Notes under the pieces: generated by a model
Told to the model about the DNA's origin: nothing
Databases searched by the model: none
The model's input: the letters and a program-made list of their open reading frames with translations, nothing else
Translations under genes and position numbers: made by a program
DNA from: an uncultured delta proteobacterium
Lineage (GTDB): Bacteria; Myxococcota_A; Polyangia; Polyangiales; Houyiibacteriaceae
Reading direction: 5' to 3'
DNA length: 64,000 nt
NCBI GenBank assembly: GCA_963699755.1
Contig: CAVOVB010000002.1
Span: 576,001-640,000 of the forward strand
Shown here: piece by piece, positions 46,988 through 55,701 of the stretch
Numbering within the stretch: position 1 is the first letter of the stretch
How the letters are laid out: every line of letters begins with the position of its first letter

Positions 46988-48055
46988 ATGACGCTGCCCA
47001 ACCTCAACGAGGCGCTCGAAAAGCTCTACGGACGGCCTCTGCCCTCGATCGAGCTGATCAAGCTGCGCGCAGATGCGTCGACGCGGAGCTATTTCCGCGT
47101 GCAGGTCGCCAAGGCCCCCGCTGGCAGTCCCAAGAGCCTCATCGTCATGCAACTGCCCGAAGACGCTTTCCGCAGCGATGAAGGAGGCCAATCCGCAGGC
47201 CGTGATCGCCTTCCCTTTCTCGAGGTCGCGGAGCTGCTCCACGCCAGGGAGGTACCGGTCCCATCGATCTACGTAGAAGACCTCGCCAACGGGATCATTC
47301 TACTCGAAGATCTCGGAAATCTGACCTTCGAGCAGAAGCTGCGCCAGACACCGCCGTCCGACTGGCAAGGCCTCTACGAAAACGCCGTCGACCTCCTGGC
47401 CAACCTGCATGAACGCTGTGCAGACCTCCCCGCGAGCTCGATCGTCTCGCGACGCAGCTTCGATCGCGACCTGCTCCACTGGGAGCTCGATCATTTCCGG
47501 GACTGGGGACTCGAGGCCCCGTTTGGCCCGCTCGATTCCGCAGAAAATGCAACCCTTCATGATGCATTTTCGAGAATCGCGTCGGCGATCGAGGCGATGC
47601 CCTACGGCTTCGTTCATCGGGACTATCAATCGAAGAACCTGATGGTCGGGCAGCATGGCGCTCTCACCCTCATCGATTTCCAAGACGCGCTGCGTGGCCC
47701 GCGTGTCTACGACCTCGTCGCCCTTCTCTGCGACTCCTACGTCTCGCTGGAGCTTGGCCTGCAAGAATCGATGATCGACCGCTATGCCGCGCTGCGTCAT
47801 CTCGAGCCGGCTAAGCTTCGTCGAGAGTTCTGGCTCGTGGCCTTGCATCGCAAGCTCAAGGACGCGGGGCGATTCATCTTCATCGATCGGGTCCGCAAGA
47901 ACCCCGACTTCCTGCAATGGTACCCGCAAAGCCTCGTCTACGTGGGACGCGCCATGGCACAGACGCCTGGGTTCGAGGGACTTGCGCGTCTCTTGGCCCA
48001 AAAGATCCCGGGTTTTCCGGATGGCGTAGGAAAACCTCACTCCGCCTCGGAATAG
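46988..48055 (+). CDS. APH-family phosphotransferase (AmgK-like MurNAc/GlcNAc kinase)
   Basis: DASTRSYFR, LLEDLG, HRDYQSKNLM, IDFQDALRGP..YDLVALL, KDAGRF. Confidence 0.85.
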   Translation: MTLPNLNEALEKLYGRPLPSIELIKLRADASTRSYFRVQVAKAPAGSPKSLIVMQLPEDAFRSDEGGQSAGRDRLPFLEVAELLHAREVPVPSIYVEDLANGIILLEDLGNLTFEQKLRQTPPSDWQGLYENAVDLLANLHERCADLPASSIVSRRSFDRDLLHWELDHFRDWGLEAPFGPLDSAENATLHDAFSRIASAIEAMPYGFVHRDYQSKNLMVGQHGALTLIDFQDALRGPRVYDLVALLCDSYVSLELGLQESMIDRYAALRHLEPAKLRREFWLVALHRKLKDAGRFIFIDRVRKNPDFLQWYPQSLVYVGRAMAQTPGFEGLARLLAQKIPGFPDGVGKPHSASE

Positions 48056-48204
48056 AGGTCTCGGAGCCGACGTTCACCCCACAAGCAGCGGGGGGTGAAA
48101 CCGAACACGAAACAGTACGCTCCTCTCTCCCACCATCCGACATCCCGCACCCGCGGTTTCACCCCCTGCCTGCGGTATCCGTGTCGGATCCGAACCGGCA
48201 ATGG

Positions 48205-48232
48205 TTGCGGGCACGGAGGGGAGCGGTAGACT
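48205..48232 (+). promoter_or_regulatory. Probable sigma70-type promoter for the uORF-dsbA unit
   Basis: TTGCGG-N16-TAGACT, 14 nt upstream of ATG 48247. Confidence 0.5.
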
Positions 48233-48246
48233 CTGACTTCGCCTCG

Positions 48247-48603
48247 ATGAGACTTCCCCTCCACGCACTGGCTCTGGCCGCGATGCTTTCGTTGGATGCG
48301 GCATCCGTGGATGCTTCGGACTGCAGCTGCGAAGGGATATCCGTGGAGGGCTGCGGCGACAGCGTGCAGCTCCGCGAAGAGCCCGCCGGCCCGCCCCTGT
48401 GGTGCGAACGCACGGATGACCCGCGTTGCATGCCGGCGAGTACCCACGGCAGTTCCGTCCAGACGCTGGTGCCTGTCGTGATGAGCTGGGCTCAACCGAT
48501 TCGATGGGACGCGCCTCCGCGCACCGGCATCCGACTGGAAGTACGGGCCGACGGCGAGCCGCGGACTGAGTACTCACGAAGAGTCGAACGACCGCCGCGC
48601 TAG
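48247..48603 (+). CDS. Small exported Cys-containing protein ending in RPPR; candidate arrest-peptide leader ORF
   Basis: 118 aa, signal peptide MRLPLHALALAAMLSLDAASVDA, Cys at 26/28/36/53/61, C-terminus RRVERPPR-stop. Confidence 0.6.
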   Translation: MRLPLHALALAAMLSLDAASVDASDCSCEGISVEGCGDSVQLREEPAGPPLWCERTDDPRCMPASTHGSSVQTLVPVVMSWAQPIRWDAPPRTGIRLEVRADGEPRTEYSRRVERPPR

Positions 48604-48707
48604 CATCGGCCGCCCTCAGCGGGCGGTCGTCTCGGCATCTGGTTTGTTCATTCGAACGTTGAGTTTGTTTTTAGCTCGCCGCGAAATCGTGGCGCGAGGA
48701 TAGAGAT

Positions 48708-50702
48708 ATGAGTAAAGGTTCATCGGTTTTGCTGGCCATCGTGATGGCGATCGCCGGGTTTGCGGTCGGTCATGTCGTTGGCTCACGGTCCCCTTCCGAC
48801 GGAGGAGTCGCCGACTCGGGCAGTGGGGAGGAAGCGAAGGCGGCCGACGTCAAGGTCGCTCAAGATGTCGAACGCTACAAGGTTCCAGTAACCAGCGAAC
48901 AACCCTCCAAGGGTCCCAAGGACGCACTCGTGACCATCGTCGAGTTCAGCGAGTTCCAGTGCCCCTTCTGCGCTCGGGTCTTGCCGACCACAAAGGAGAT
49001 CCTCGACACATACGGCGACAAAGTCCGTCTGGTCTGGCGCAACAACCCCTTGGACTTCCACAACAACGCCGCTCCAGCGGCTGCAGTGGCCATGGAAGCC
49101 TACGCGCAAGGGGGCGATGAAAAGTTCTGGGAGGTGCACGATGTGCTCTTCGCGAACCAGCGGGCGCTCGGCCGGACGGAGCTCGAAGGCTATGCGGAGA
49201 AAGCCGGGCTAGACCCAGCGAAGGTCAAGAGTGCGCTCGACGAAGGCACCCACAAAAAGGCGATCGACGGCGACCAGGCCTTGGCGGCCCAACTCGGAGC
49301 ACGTGGTACGCCGTACTTCTTCGTCAACGGACGACAGCTGCGAGGGGCACAGCCCTTTGCCGCGTTCAAGACGGTCATCGACGAAGAGATCGCAACCGCC
49401 GAGAGCCTCCTCAAGAAGGGTGTGAAGAAGGAGCAAATCTACGCGACCTTGACCAAGGACGGTCTGACCAAAGCAGCGGCCCCCACGCCGGAGGCGCCGA
49501 AGGCCGGTCAGCCGGACCCGAAGGCGGTCTATAAGGTTCCGCTCAAGGGCGACGAGCCGCAGAAGGGTCCGGACGACGCGCTGGTCACGATCGTTGAAAT
49601 CAGCGACTTCGAGTGCCCGTTCTGCGGTCGAGTGGAGCCCACAATCAAAGAGATTGAAGACAAGTACGGCAACGACGTCCGCATCGTCTGGATGAACAAC
49701 CCTCTCCCGTTCCACAAGAACGCCAAGGGCGCGGCCAATGCAGCGCTGGAAGCCTACGCGCAGAAGGGAGACAAGGGCTTTTGGGCGATGCATGACAAGA
49801 TGTTCGCAAACCAGAAGGCTCTCACGACCGACAACCTCGAGCAGTGGGCGAAGGAGCAGGGACTGAACATGTCCAAGTTCAAGAAGGCGCTAGCCGAAGA
49901 CAAGTACGGCAAGACCATCGCGGAGCAGCAGGCGCTGGCCAACCGCTTGGGAGCCCGTGGAACCCCTGCGTTCTTCATCAACGGGCGCAACCTTCGGGGC
50001 GCGCAGCCACTGGCCGCCTTCACGACGGTGATCGACGAGGAGCTCGCCAAGGCCAAGGCGCTCGTTGCGAAGGGCACGCCCCGCGCCAAGGTCTATGAGA
50101 CGACGATCGCCACGGGCGAGACGGGCCCGAAGACCGAGCCGGCTGCTGCAGCTCCGGACGCCAACAAGGTCTACGACATCCCGGTGCCGAAGAATGCCCC
50201 AACCAAGGGCGCGGCCAAGGCGAAGGTTGTGATTCAGGAGTTCAGCGACTTTCAGTGCCCCTTCTGCAGCCGGGTGAACCCGACGATCGCCCAAGTGGTC
50301 AAGGAGTACGGGGACAAGGTCGAAATCGTCTGGCGCGACTACCCGCTTCCCTTCCACAAGGACGCGCAACCGGCGGCTCAGGCGGGACGCGAGGTCTTTG
50401 CTCAGAAGGGCAACAAGGCTTTTTGGGCCTATCACGACCTTCTCTTCGCCAATCAGAAGACGCTCTCCCGCGAAAACCTTGAGAAGTTCGCGGAGCAGGT
50501 CGGCGGAATCGACATGAAGGCGTTCAAGGCCGCACTCGATTCTGAGAAGCACAAGGCCGCGGTCGAGGCAGACATGGCGGCGGTGACCAAAGCGGGTGCG
50601 CGAATCGGTACGCCGTCGTTCTTCATCAACGGTAAGCTGCTCCAGGGCGCACAGCCGTACCCCGCGTTCAAGGCCGCGATCGACGAAGCGCTCAAGAACT
50701 GA
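48708..50702 (+). CDS. Triple DsbA-like thioredoxin-domain protein
   Basis: N-terminal signal/TM and three repeats, each with CPFC and a cis-Pro loop GTP(Y/A/S)FF.NG..L.GAQP. Confidence 0.92.
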   Translation: MSKGSSVLLAIVMAIAGFAVGHVVGSRSPSDGGVADSGSGEEAKAADVKVAQDVERYKVPVTSEQPSKGPKDALVTIVEFSEFQCPFCARVLPTTKEILDTYGDKVRLVWRNNPLDFHNNAAPAAAVAMEAYAQGGDEKFWEVHDVLFANQRALGRTELEGYAEKAGLDPAKVKSALDEGTHKKAIDGDQALAAQLGARGTPYFFVNGRQLRGAQPFAAFKTVIDEEIATAESLLKKGVKKEQIYATLTKDGLTKAAAPTPEAPKAGQPDPKAVYKVPLKGDEPQKGPDDALVTIVEISDFECPFCGRVEPTIKEIEDKYGNDVRIVWMNNPLPFHKNAKGAANAALEAYAQKGDKGFWAMHDKMFANQKALTTDNLEQWAKEQGLNMSKFKKALAEDKYGKTIAEQQALANRLGARGTPAFFINGRNLRGAQPLAAFTTVIDEELAKAKALVAKGTPRAKVYETTIATGETGPKTEPAAAAPDANKVYDIPVPKNAPTKGAAKAKVVIQEFSDFQCPFCSRVNPTIAQVVKEYGDKVEIVWRDYPLPFHKDAQPAAQAGREVFAQKGNKAFWAYHDLLFANQKTLSRENLEKFAEQVGGIDMKAFKAALDSEKHKAAVEADMAAVTKAGARIGTPSFFINGKLLQGAQPYPAFKAAIDEALKN

Positions 50703-50719
50703 ACGAGCGCGCCACAGTC

Positions 50720-50762
50720 AGGACGGGGCAGGTTCGCACGTCGGGCCTGCCCCGTCCTTTTG
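50720..50762 (+). terminator. Intrinsic terminator
   Basis: AGGACGGGGCAGG...CCTGCCCCGTCCT (13-bp stem) followed by a T run. Confidence 0.85.
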
Positions 50763-50831
50763 ACACGCAGGGGTGGACACACTACATTCCGTCCCGTTCT
50801 AAAAACTAAAGTATTTTCAAGGTGTTGACGC

Positions 50832-51737
50832 ATGGTTCGAGCGAAAGCTGCAGCCTCTAAACGACCCCCGAAGAAGCCCACGGTCGAAGAGCTCTATTTC
50901 AGGAGCGACAGCGCTTACCTTTGCCTTCTGCTCAATCGTCGGACGCGATTCATTCGCGTCATCGACTTTCGGGCTGGAGCACTCCCAGCGAAGCGGCTCT
51001 ACATTCAATCGGTTGCCACTCAGGAGAACGTCGACAAGGTGATCACCCTCGTCGAAAAAGACGAGGTCTCGTCCTGGACGCGCGTCGGCTTCGTCCGCGA
51101 AGGAACGATTCCCGGCTTTTACAAACGCAGCGATGGTCATCTCTGTGGATGCGTGATCGGCGACAAGACAGCCTCGATCGAGGTCAGCGATGCTTCCGCC
51201 AAGCTCATGGAGCGGACGATCAACGCAGCCAAAAAGGCCGCCAAGGACATCCCCGAAAAGATCAAGGGCGCCTCGGTTCGAGAGGCGAGCGAAAAGGATG
51301 CTCTCTCCGCCCGCGACGCAGCATGGAAGAAGAACGAAGGCTTTGGATCGTTCGACATATTCGGGCGCGACGCGCAGCGTATCTACTTCGACGTCAGCGT
51401 GCGGCGCAGCAAGACCAACTACGTTTCAGCCGAGTTCCAGGACTGCTTCGGACACGCCCTCGTCGAGGTCCTCTGGCTGCCGACGAGCGAGAACGAGATG
51501 CTTGCGGTGACCGCCGGACTTAGAGCGCTCGCAGAGAACCTCCAGGAACGCGGGATCGTGTCCATGTTTGCCTTCGCGCCAAACGACAATGTGGAGATTT
51601 CGACCGCATTCGTCGCGGCGGGCTACCGTAAGACGGGTTTGCTGGCACAAGGGATTCTCGACGCGAAAGGCGGCCGAAAAGACGCCATCTTATGGACTCT
51701 GAAATTCGCAAACGCCGACGGTGATGAATTCGAGTGA
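50832..51737 (+). CDS. Tandem GNAT-like protein resembling beta-lysine acetyltransferase AblB/YodP, degenerate
   Basis: RFIRVIDF...ENVDKVI...GFVREGTIPGFY, then VREA..D...SAE...GHA...GIVSMFAFA...GYRKTGLL...AILW. Confidence 0.55.
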   Translation: MVRAKAAASKRPPKKPTVEELYFRSDSAYLCLLLNRRTRFIRVIDFRAGALPAKRLYIQSVATQENVDKVITLVEKDEVSSWTRVGFVREGTIPGFYKRSDGHLCGCVIGDKTASIEVSDASAKLMERTINAAKKAAKDIPEKIKGASVREASEKDALSARDAAWKKNEGFGSFDIFGRDAQRIYFDVSVRRSKTNYVSAEFQDCFGHALVEVLWLPTSENEMLAVTAGLRALAENLQERGIVSMFAFAPNDNVEISTAFVAAGYRKTGLLAQGILDAKGGRKDAILWTLKFANADGDEFE

Positions 51738-51793
51738 GCCTTGACCGTATCGGTTCGAGGCCGTTAGGCTCGCGAACGAGCAAGGAGAGGCGT

Positions 51794-52186
51794 ATGCGCT
51801 CACGCGAGGACATCGAGTCGTATCTAGCCCGCGCCGAGGTTCCCTACGAAGAGATCGGCGGGGACGGCATGTGGCTCATCCACGATAGGAGCCAGGGCGA
51901 GAAGATCGCCATCCAGGCTGCAGACTCGCTCCTTCTATTCCGAGTGAAGGTCTTGGAGCTCCGTGAGGTCCGGGACAAGGCGGCACTGTACGAAGAGCTG
52001 CTGACTCTCAACGCCTCGGACCTGGTGCATGGAGCCTATGGAATCTCGGACGGTGCAGTGGTCCTCACCTGTACCCTACAACTGGAGAACCTCGACTACA
52101 ACGAGCTGCAGAGCGTGCTCGACGACTTCTCACTGGCCCTCGCCAATCACTACGAGAAACTGAGCGAGTTCCGGATCGCCACCTAG
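51794..52186 (+). CDS. YbjN/CesT-like chaperone-fold protein
   Basis: ALYEELLTLNASDLVHGAYGI...LENLDYNE. GGAG SD. Confidence 0.75.
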   Translation: MRSREDIESYLARAEVPYEEIGGDGMWLIHDRSQGEKIAIQAADSLLLFRVKVLELREVRDKAALYEELLTLNASDLVHGAYGISDGAVVLTCTLQLENLDYNELQSVLDDFSLALANHYEKLSEFRIAT

Positions 52187-52202
52187 GAGAAGGAGACGAG
52201 CA

Positions 52203-52991
52203 ATGGGGTTCCTCAGCCGTCTGGCACAACTGATCAAGAGCAACATCAACGACCTGATCAACAAGTCGGAAGATCCGGAGAAGATGCTGAACCAAGTCAT
52301 CGTCGAGATGAATCAGCAACTGGTCGAGGCGAAGAAGCAGGTCGCGGTCGCCATCGCCGACGAAAAGAGGCTCCAAAAGCAGTTCGGGAACGAAGCAACC
52401 AAGTCACAGGACTGGGAAAGCAAAGCCATGCTCGCGGTCCGGTCGGGTGACGACGAGCTGGCAAAGGAGGCCCTGCTCCGGCGCAAGGAGCACGACGTGA
52501 TCGCCGCCCAATACAAAGAGCAATGGGAGCGGCAAAAGGCGCTCACCGATCAGTTGAAGACCGCACTCAAGGCGTTGAACCACAAAATCGGCGAGGCGCA
52601 GCGCAAGAAAAACGTGCTGATCGCTCGAAAACGCCGCGCCGAAGCGATGAAGAGCATCCAGGAAACGATGAGCGGTCTGTCCGATGCGAGCGCGTTCGAA
52701 ACCTTCGACCGAATGGCCGAGCAGATCGACCAAATGGAAGCCGAGGCCGAGGCTGGCGCCGAGGTCGCCGAGCAGTACACCGGCGACATCCTCAAGCATC
52801 GATTCTCGGAGCTGGAAGCTACCGCGGGCGCCGACCTCGAGCTCGAGGCCCTCAAGCGCAAGATGGGGCTCATCCCCGCCGAGGAGCCCAGCGTGAGCGC
52901 CCGGGTCGCCGCCCCTGGGGAGCAATATGAAGAAGAGGAGCTTGCCGAGCTCGAAGAAGCCCTCGACGAGCTCAAGCGCCGGGAGCGCTGA
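52203..52991 (+). CDS. pspA: PspA/IM30 family protein
   Basis: MGFLSRLAQLIKSNINDLI...EDPEKML...FDRMAEQIDQMEAEAEA; long coiled coil. Confidence 0.92.
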   Translation: MGFLSRLAQLIKSNINDLINKSEDPEKMLNQVIVEMNQQLVEAKKQVAVAIADEKRLQKQFGNEATKSQDWESKAMLAVRSGDDELAKEALLRRKEHDVIAAQYKEQWERQKALTDQLKTALKALNHKIGEAQRKKNVLIARKRRAEAMKSIQETMSGLSDASAFETFDRMAEQIDQMEAEAEAGAEVAEQYTGDILKHRFSELEATAGADLELEALKRKMGLIPAEEPSVSARVAAPGEQYEEEELAELEEALDELKRRER

Positions 52992-52993
52992 GC

Positions 52994-53021
52994 TTGACAG
53001 GAAGCCGCTGCCGCTTAAGTT
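52994..53021 (+). promoter_or_regulatory. sigma70-type promoter for the zinc-ribbon gene
   Basis: TTGACA-N16-TAAGTT. Confidence 0.6.
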
Positions 53022-53039
53022 GCCGGCCGAATCCTAGCC

Positions 53040-53357
53040 ATGCCTACCTACGATTACAGTTGCGACCACTGCGGGCACCAGTTCGAACGCCAGCAACGCA
53101 TCACCGAGAAGCCGCTCAAGAAGTGCCCGAAATGCGGCAAGCTCAAAGCCCGGCGGATGATCGGCGGAGGTGGTTTCATCCTCAAGGGCGGCGGTTGGGA
53201 GTCCGACCTCTACTCGGGCCCTTCGAACCGTACAGCGAGCACGTCCAAGAGTAGCGACTCGCCCGCGGCGTCGGCCGCGGAGTCATCCAAGGCCGCGGAG
53301 TCACCCAAGGCCGCGGAGTCACCCAAGGCCGCCTCGAGCAGCAAGTCGGACTCCTAG
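53040..53357 (+). CDS. FmdB-family zinc-ribbon protein
   Basis: MPTYDYSCDHCGH...CPKCG...GFILKGGGW. Confidence 0.92.
   Translation: MPTYDYSCDHCGHQFERQQRITEKPLKKCPKCGKLKARRMIGGGGFILKGGGWESDLYSGPSNRTASTSKSSDSPAASAAESSKAAESPKAAESPKAASSSKSDS
53273..53332. repeat. 18-bp tandem repeat (3.3 copies) within the CDS
   Basis: GGCCGCGGAGTCA(T/C)CCAA x3, encoding AAES(S/P)K. Confidence 0.9.
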
Positions 53358-53366
53358 ACGGCCGCG

Positions 53367-55544
53367 CTAGGCCGGCTCCAGGTACGAGGCGATGATCTTC
53401 CTTGTACCCCAGCCAGGGAAGCGCACTGAGACGCGCGGCGGGGAGCCCTGCATCACTTCTCTCACCTCCCCGACTCCGAACTTCGGGTGCCGGACCTGCA
53501 TGCCGCGCCGTAACTCTTCGAGATCCGAGAGATCGGAGCCCTCGTTGTAGTCGACGTAGCTCTCGCGCGGCTCGTCGTGGCGCTCCTCGGACGCTGAGGC
53601 GCTGGTCCCCGAGCTCGCCCTGGCGCCGATCCATTCGACGTCCTCTTTGGGCAGCTCGGTGAGAAACCGTGATGGAATCCCGACGCGCTGCTGGCCAAAG
53701 ATCCTTCGGACGGCAGCAAAGCTCAAGACCAGCCGTTGCTTGGCACGCGTAAACGCTACGTAGGCTAGACGTCGCTCCTCTTCGAGCTCTTCGGGGTCTT
53801 CCCAGGGGTCGATCCCCTTGAACGGAAACACTTGCTCTTCGAGGCCGGTCACCATCACGACCGGGAACTCCAAGCCCTTGGCAGCGTGCACCGTCATCAA
53901 GGTCACCCGATCGCCGCCAACCTGCTCATCCGCAGAGGTCTGCAGGGTCACGTTCTCGAGGAATTCCGCAAGGGTGGATTCCGAACGCTCGCTTTGAAAC
54001 TCGTCCATGGATGCTACCAGCTCTTGAACGTTCTGGAGTCGTGCGTCCGCCTCGGGCGTATCGTCGTGCTGAAGCATATCGGCGTAGCCGCTTTGATTGA
54101 CGAGCTCCGCTCCGACTTCACCCAGGGGCGCACCGGAGCCCGGAAGCTCGCGCAGACTGGTCATGAGAGCACGGAAAGCTTCGAGTCGTTTGCGGGGGCC
54201 GCGGCCGAACTGAGCGAGGGCCGCATCGTCGTCGAGCAGATCCGTGAGACTCTGCCCGTACTGAGCCGAGAGATCGAGAAGCGAATTGATCGTAGTCTTT
54301 CCAATCCCCCGCGTCGGGGTGTTGATGATTCGCAGCAGGCTCATGTCGTCTGCGGGGTTGGTCATCAGCCGCAAATAGGCGAGCAGGTCCTTCACTTCCG
54401 CGCGATCGTAGAAGCGCATCCCGCCGACGATGCGATAACCGATGTTGGCACTTCGGAGGGCCTCCTCGATGACGCGTGACTGCGCGTGCGTTCGATAGAA
54501 GACCGCAACATCGGAGAAACGCTGCCCTTGGGACGAAAGCTCACGAATGCCCCGGAGGACTAGACGCGCCTCGTCGCGCTCATCCATGGTGCGGACGACG
54601 AGAATCGCATCGCCCTCCGGATTGTCGGTCCAGAGCACCTTGGGCTCGCGGTCGGTGTTTCGCGCGATCACCGCGTTTGAGGCGCGTAGAATGCGTTGCG
54701 TCGAGCGATAGTTTTGCTCGAGCTTGACGAGCGTAGCGTCGGGGAAAGACGAACGAAAATCGAGAATGTTTCGGCGATCTGCGCCGCGCCAGCGGTAGAT
54801 GCTCTGATCGTCGTCGCCCACCACACAGAGGTTGCGGTGCCCTTCCGAGAGCACGCGAACCAGCCTGAACTGCGCATGATTGGTGTCCTGAAACTCGTCG
54901 ACCAGAACGTGCGCGAAGCGCCCCACGACGGCATCCCGAAAGAGCTCATCCGTTTCGAGGGCCCGCACTGTGCGGTAGATCAAGTCGCCAAAGTCGAGCG
55001 CATTGGCTTGGCGAAGCCGCTCTTCGTAGGTTGCGTATACGCGATGGACCACTTCCGACCAGGCGTCGGGCGTCTCGATGTCCTCGGGTCCTTGTACCTC
55101 CTGCTTGGCACGATTGATCCGGCCGGCCATGGCCTTGGGTTGATATCGTTTCTCGTCTAGACCGAGATCTCGCAGCACACGCTTGACTAGCGCCTGCTGG
55201 TCCTGGTCATCGTAAATCGTGAAATCCTTGCTCACACCGGAGCTCTCCCCGTAGCGCCGGAGCAACCGTGCGCAGGTCGCGTGAAAGGTGCCAACGTGCA
55301 CCGCCGCGCCCTGGTCTCCCAGCAAGCCGAGAAGGCGCTCCCGCATTTCACCCGCAGCCTTGTTGGTGAAGGTAACCGCGAGAATCCTCCAGGGTGCGAC
55401 GTCGTGCGCGGCGATGAGCTGGGCGACGCGAAAGGTGATGACGCGGGTCTTCCCGCTGCCGGCGCCCGCAAAGACCACGAGCGGCCCCCCTTCGTGAACG
55501 ACTGCCTCGCGCTGACGTGAATTCAGAGAGCTCAGGTCCAGCAC
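53367..55544 (-). CDS. UvrD/PcrA-family ATP-dependent DNA helicase
   Basis: AGAGSGKT, VDEFQDTN, VGDDDQSIY, QNYRST, TVHAAKGLEF, EEERRLAYVAFTRA, C-terminal Tudor-like HPKFGVG. Confidence 0.95.
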   Translation of the reverse strand: MLDLSSLNSRQREAVVHEGGPLVVFAGAGSGKTRVITFRVAQLIAAHDVAPWRILAVTFTNKAAGEMRERLLGLLGDQGAAVHVGTFHATCARLLRRYGESSGVSKDFTIYDDQDQQALVKRVLRDLGLDEKRYQPKAMAGRINRAKQEVQGPEDIETPDAWSEVVHRVYATYEERLRQANALDFGDLIYRTVRALETDELFRDAVVGRFAHVLVDEFQDTNHAQFRLVRVLSEGHRNLCVVGDDDQSIYRWRGADRRNILDFRSSFPDATLVKLEQNYRSTQRILRASNAVIARNTDREPKVLWTDNPEGDAILVVRTMDERDEARLVLRGIRELSSQGQRFSDVAVFYRTHAQSRVIEEALRSANIGYRIVGGMRFYDRAEVKDLLAYLRLMTNPADDMSLLRIINTPTRGIGKTTINSLLDLSAQYGQSLTDLLDDDAALAQFGRGPRKRLEAFRALMTSLRELPGSGAPLGEVGAELVNQSGYADMLQHDDTPEADARLQNVQELVASMDEFQSERSESTLAEFLENVTLQTSADEQVGGDRVTLMTVHAAKGLEFPVVMVTGLEEQVFPFKGIDPWEDPEELEEERRLAYVAFTRAKQRLVLSFAAVRRIFGQQRVGIPSRFLTELPKEDVEWIGARASSGTSASASEERHDEPRESYVDYNEGSDLSDLEELRRGMQVRHPKFGVGEVREVMQGSPPRVSVRFPGWGTRKIIASYLEPA

Positions 55545-55701
55545 CCGCTGAACCTAGCTGTCCGTCCTAGGAAAACCAGCGAAAAACTGCAGTTCAGAGG
55601 ATGGATCGAGACCGAAAGCTGGCCTTCCCGCCGTTTTGCGCGTAGAGATCCAAGGTAGGTCGCGACGGCGACTAACCCCTTGAAAACGTCGAGGATCTTG
55701 G

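Noticed and set aside
48085..48200. c-di-AMP (ydaO) or cobalamin riboswitch suggested by GGGGTGAA
   Set aside because: The other conserved elements of these aptamers could not be found.
53273..53332. 18-bp repeats (also 21806-21850) as CRISPR-like arrays
   Set aside because: In-frame tandem repeats without spacers, encoding low-complexity linkers. No cas genes are present.
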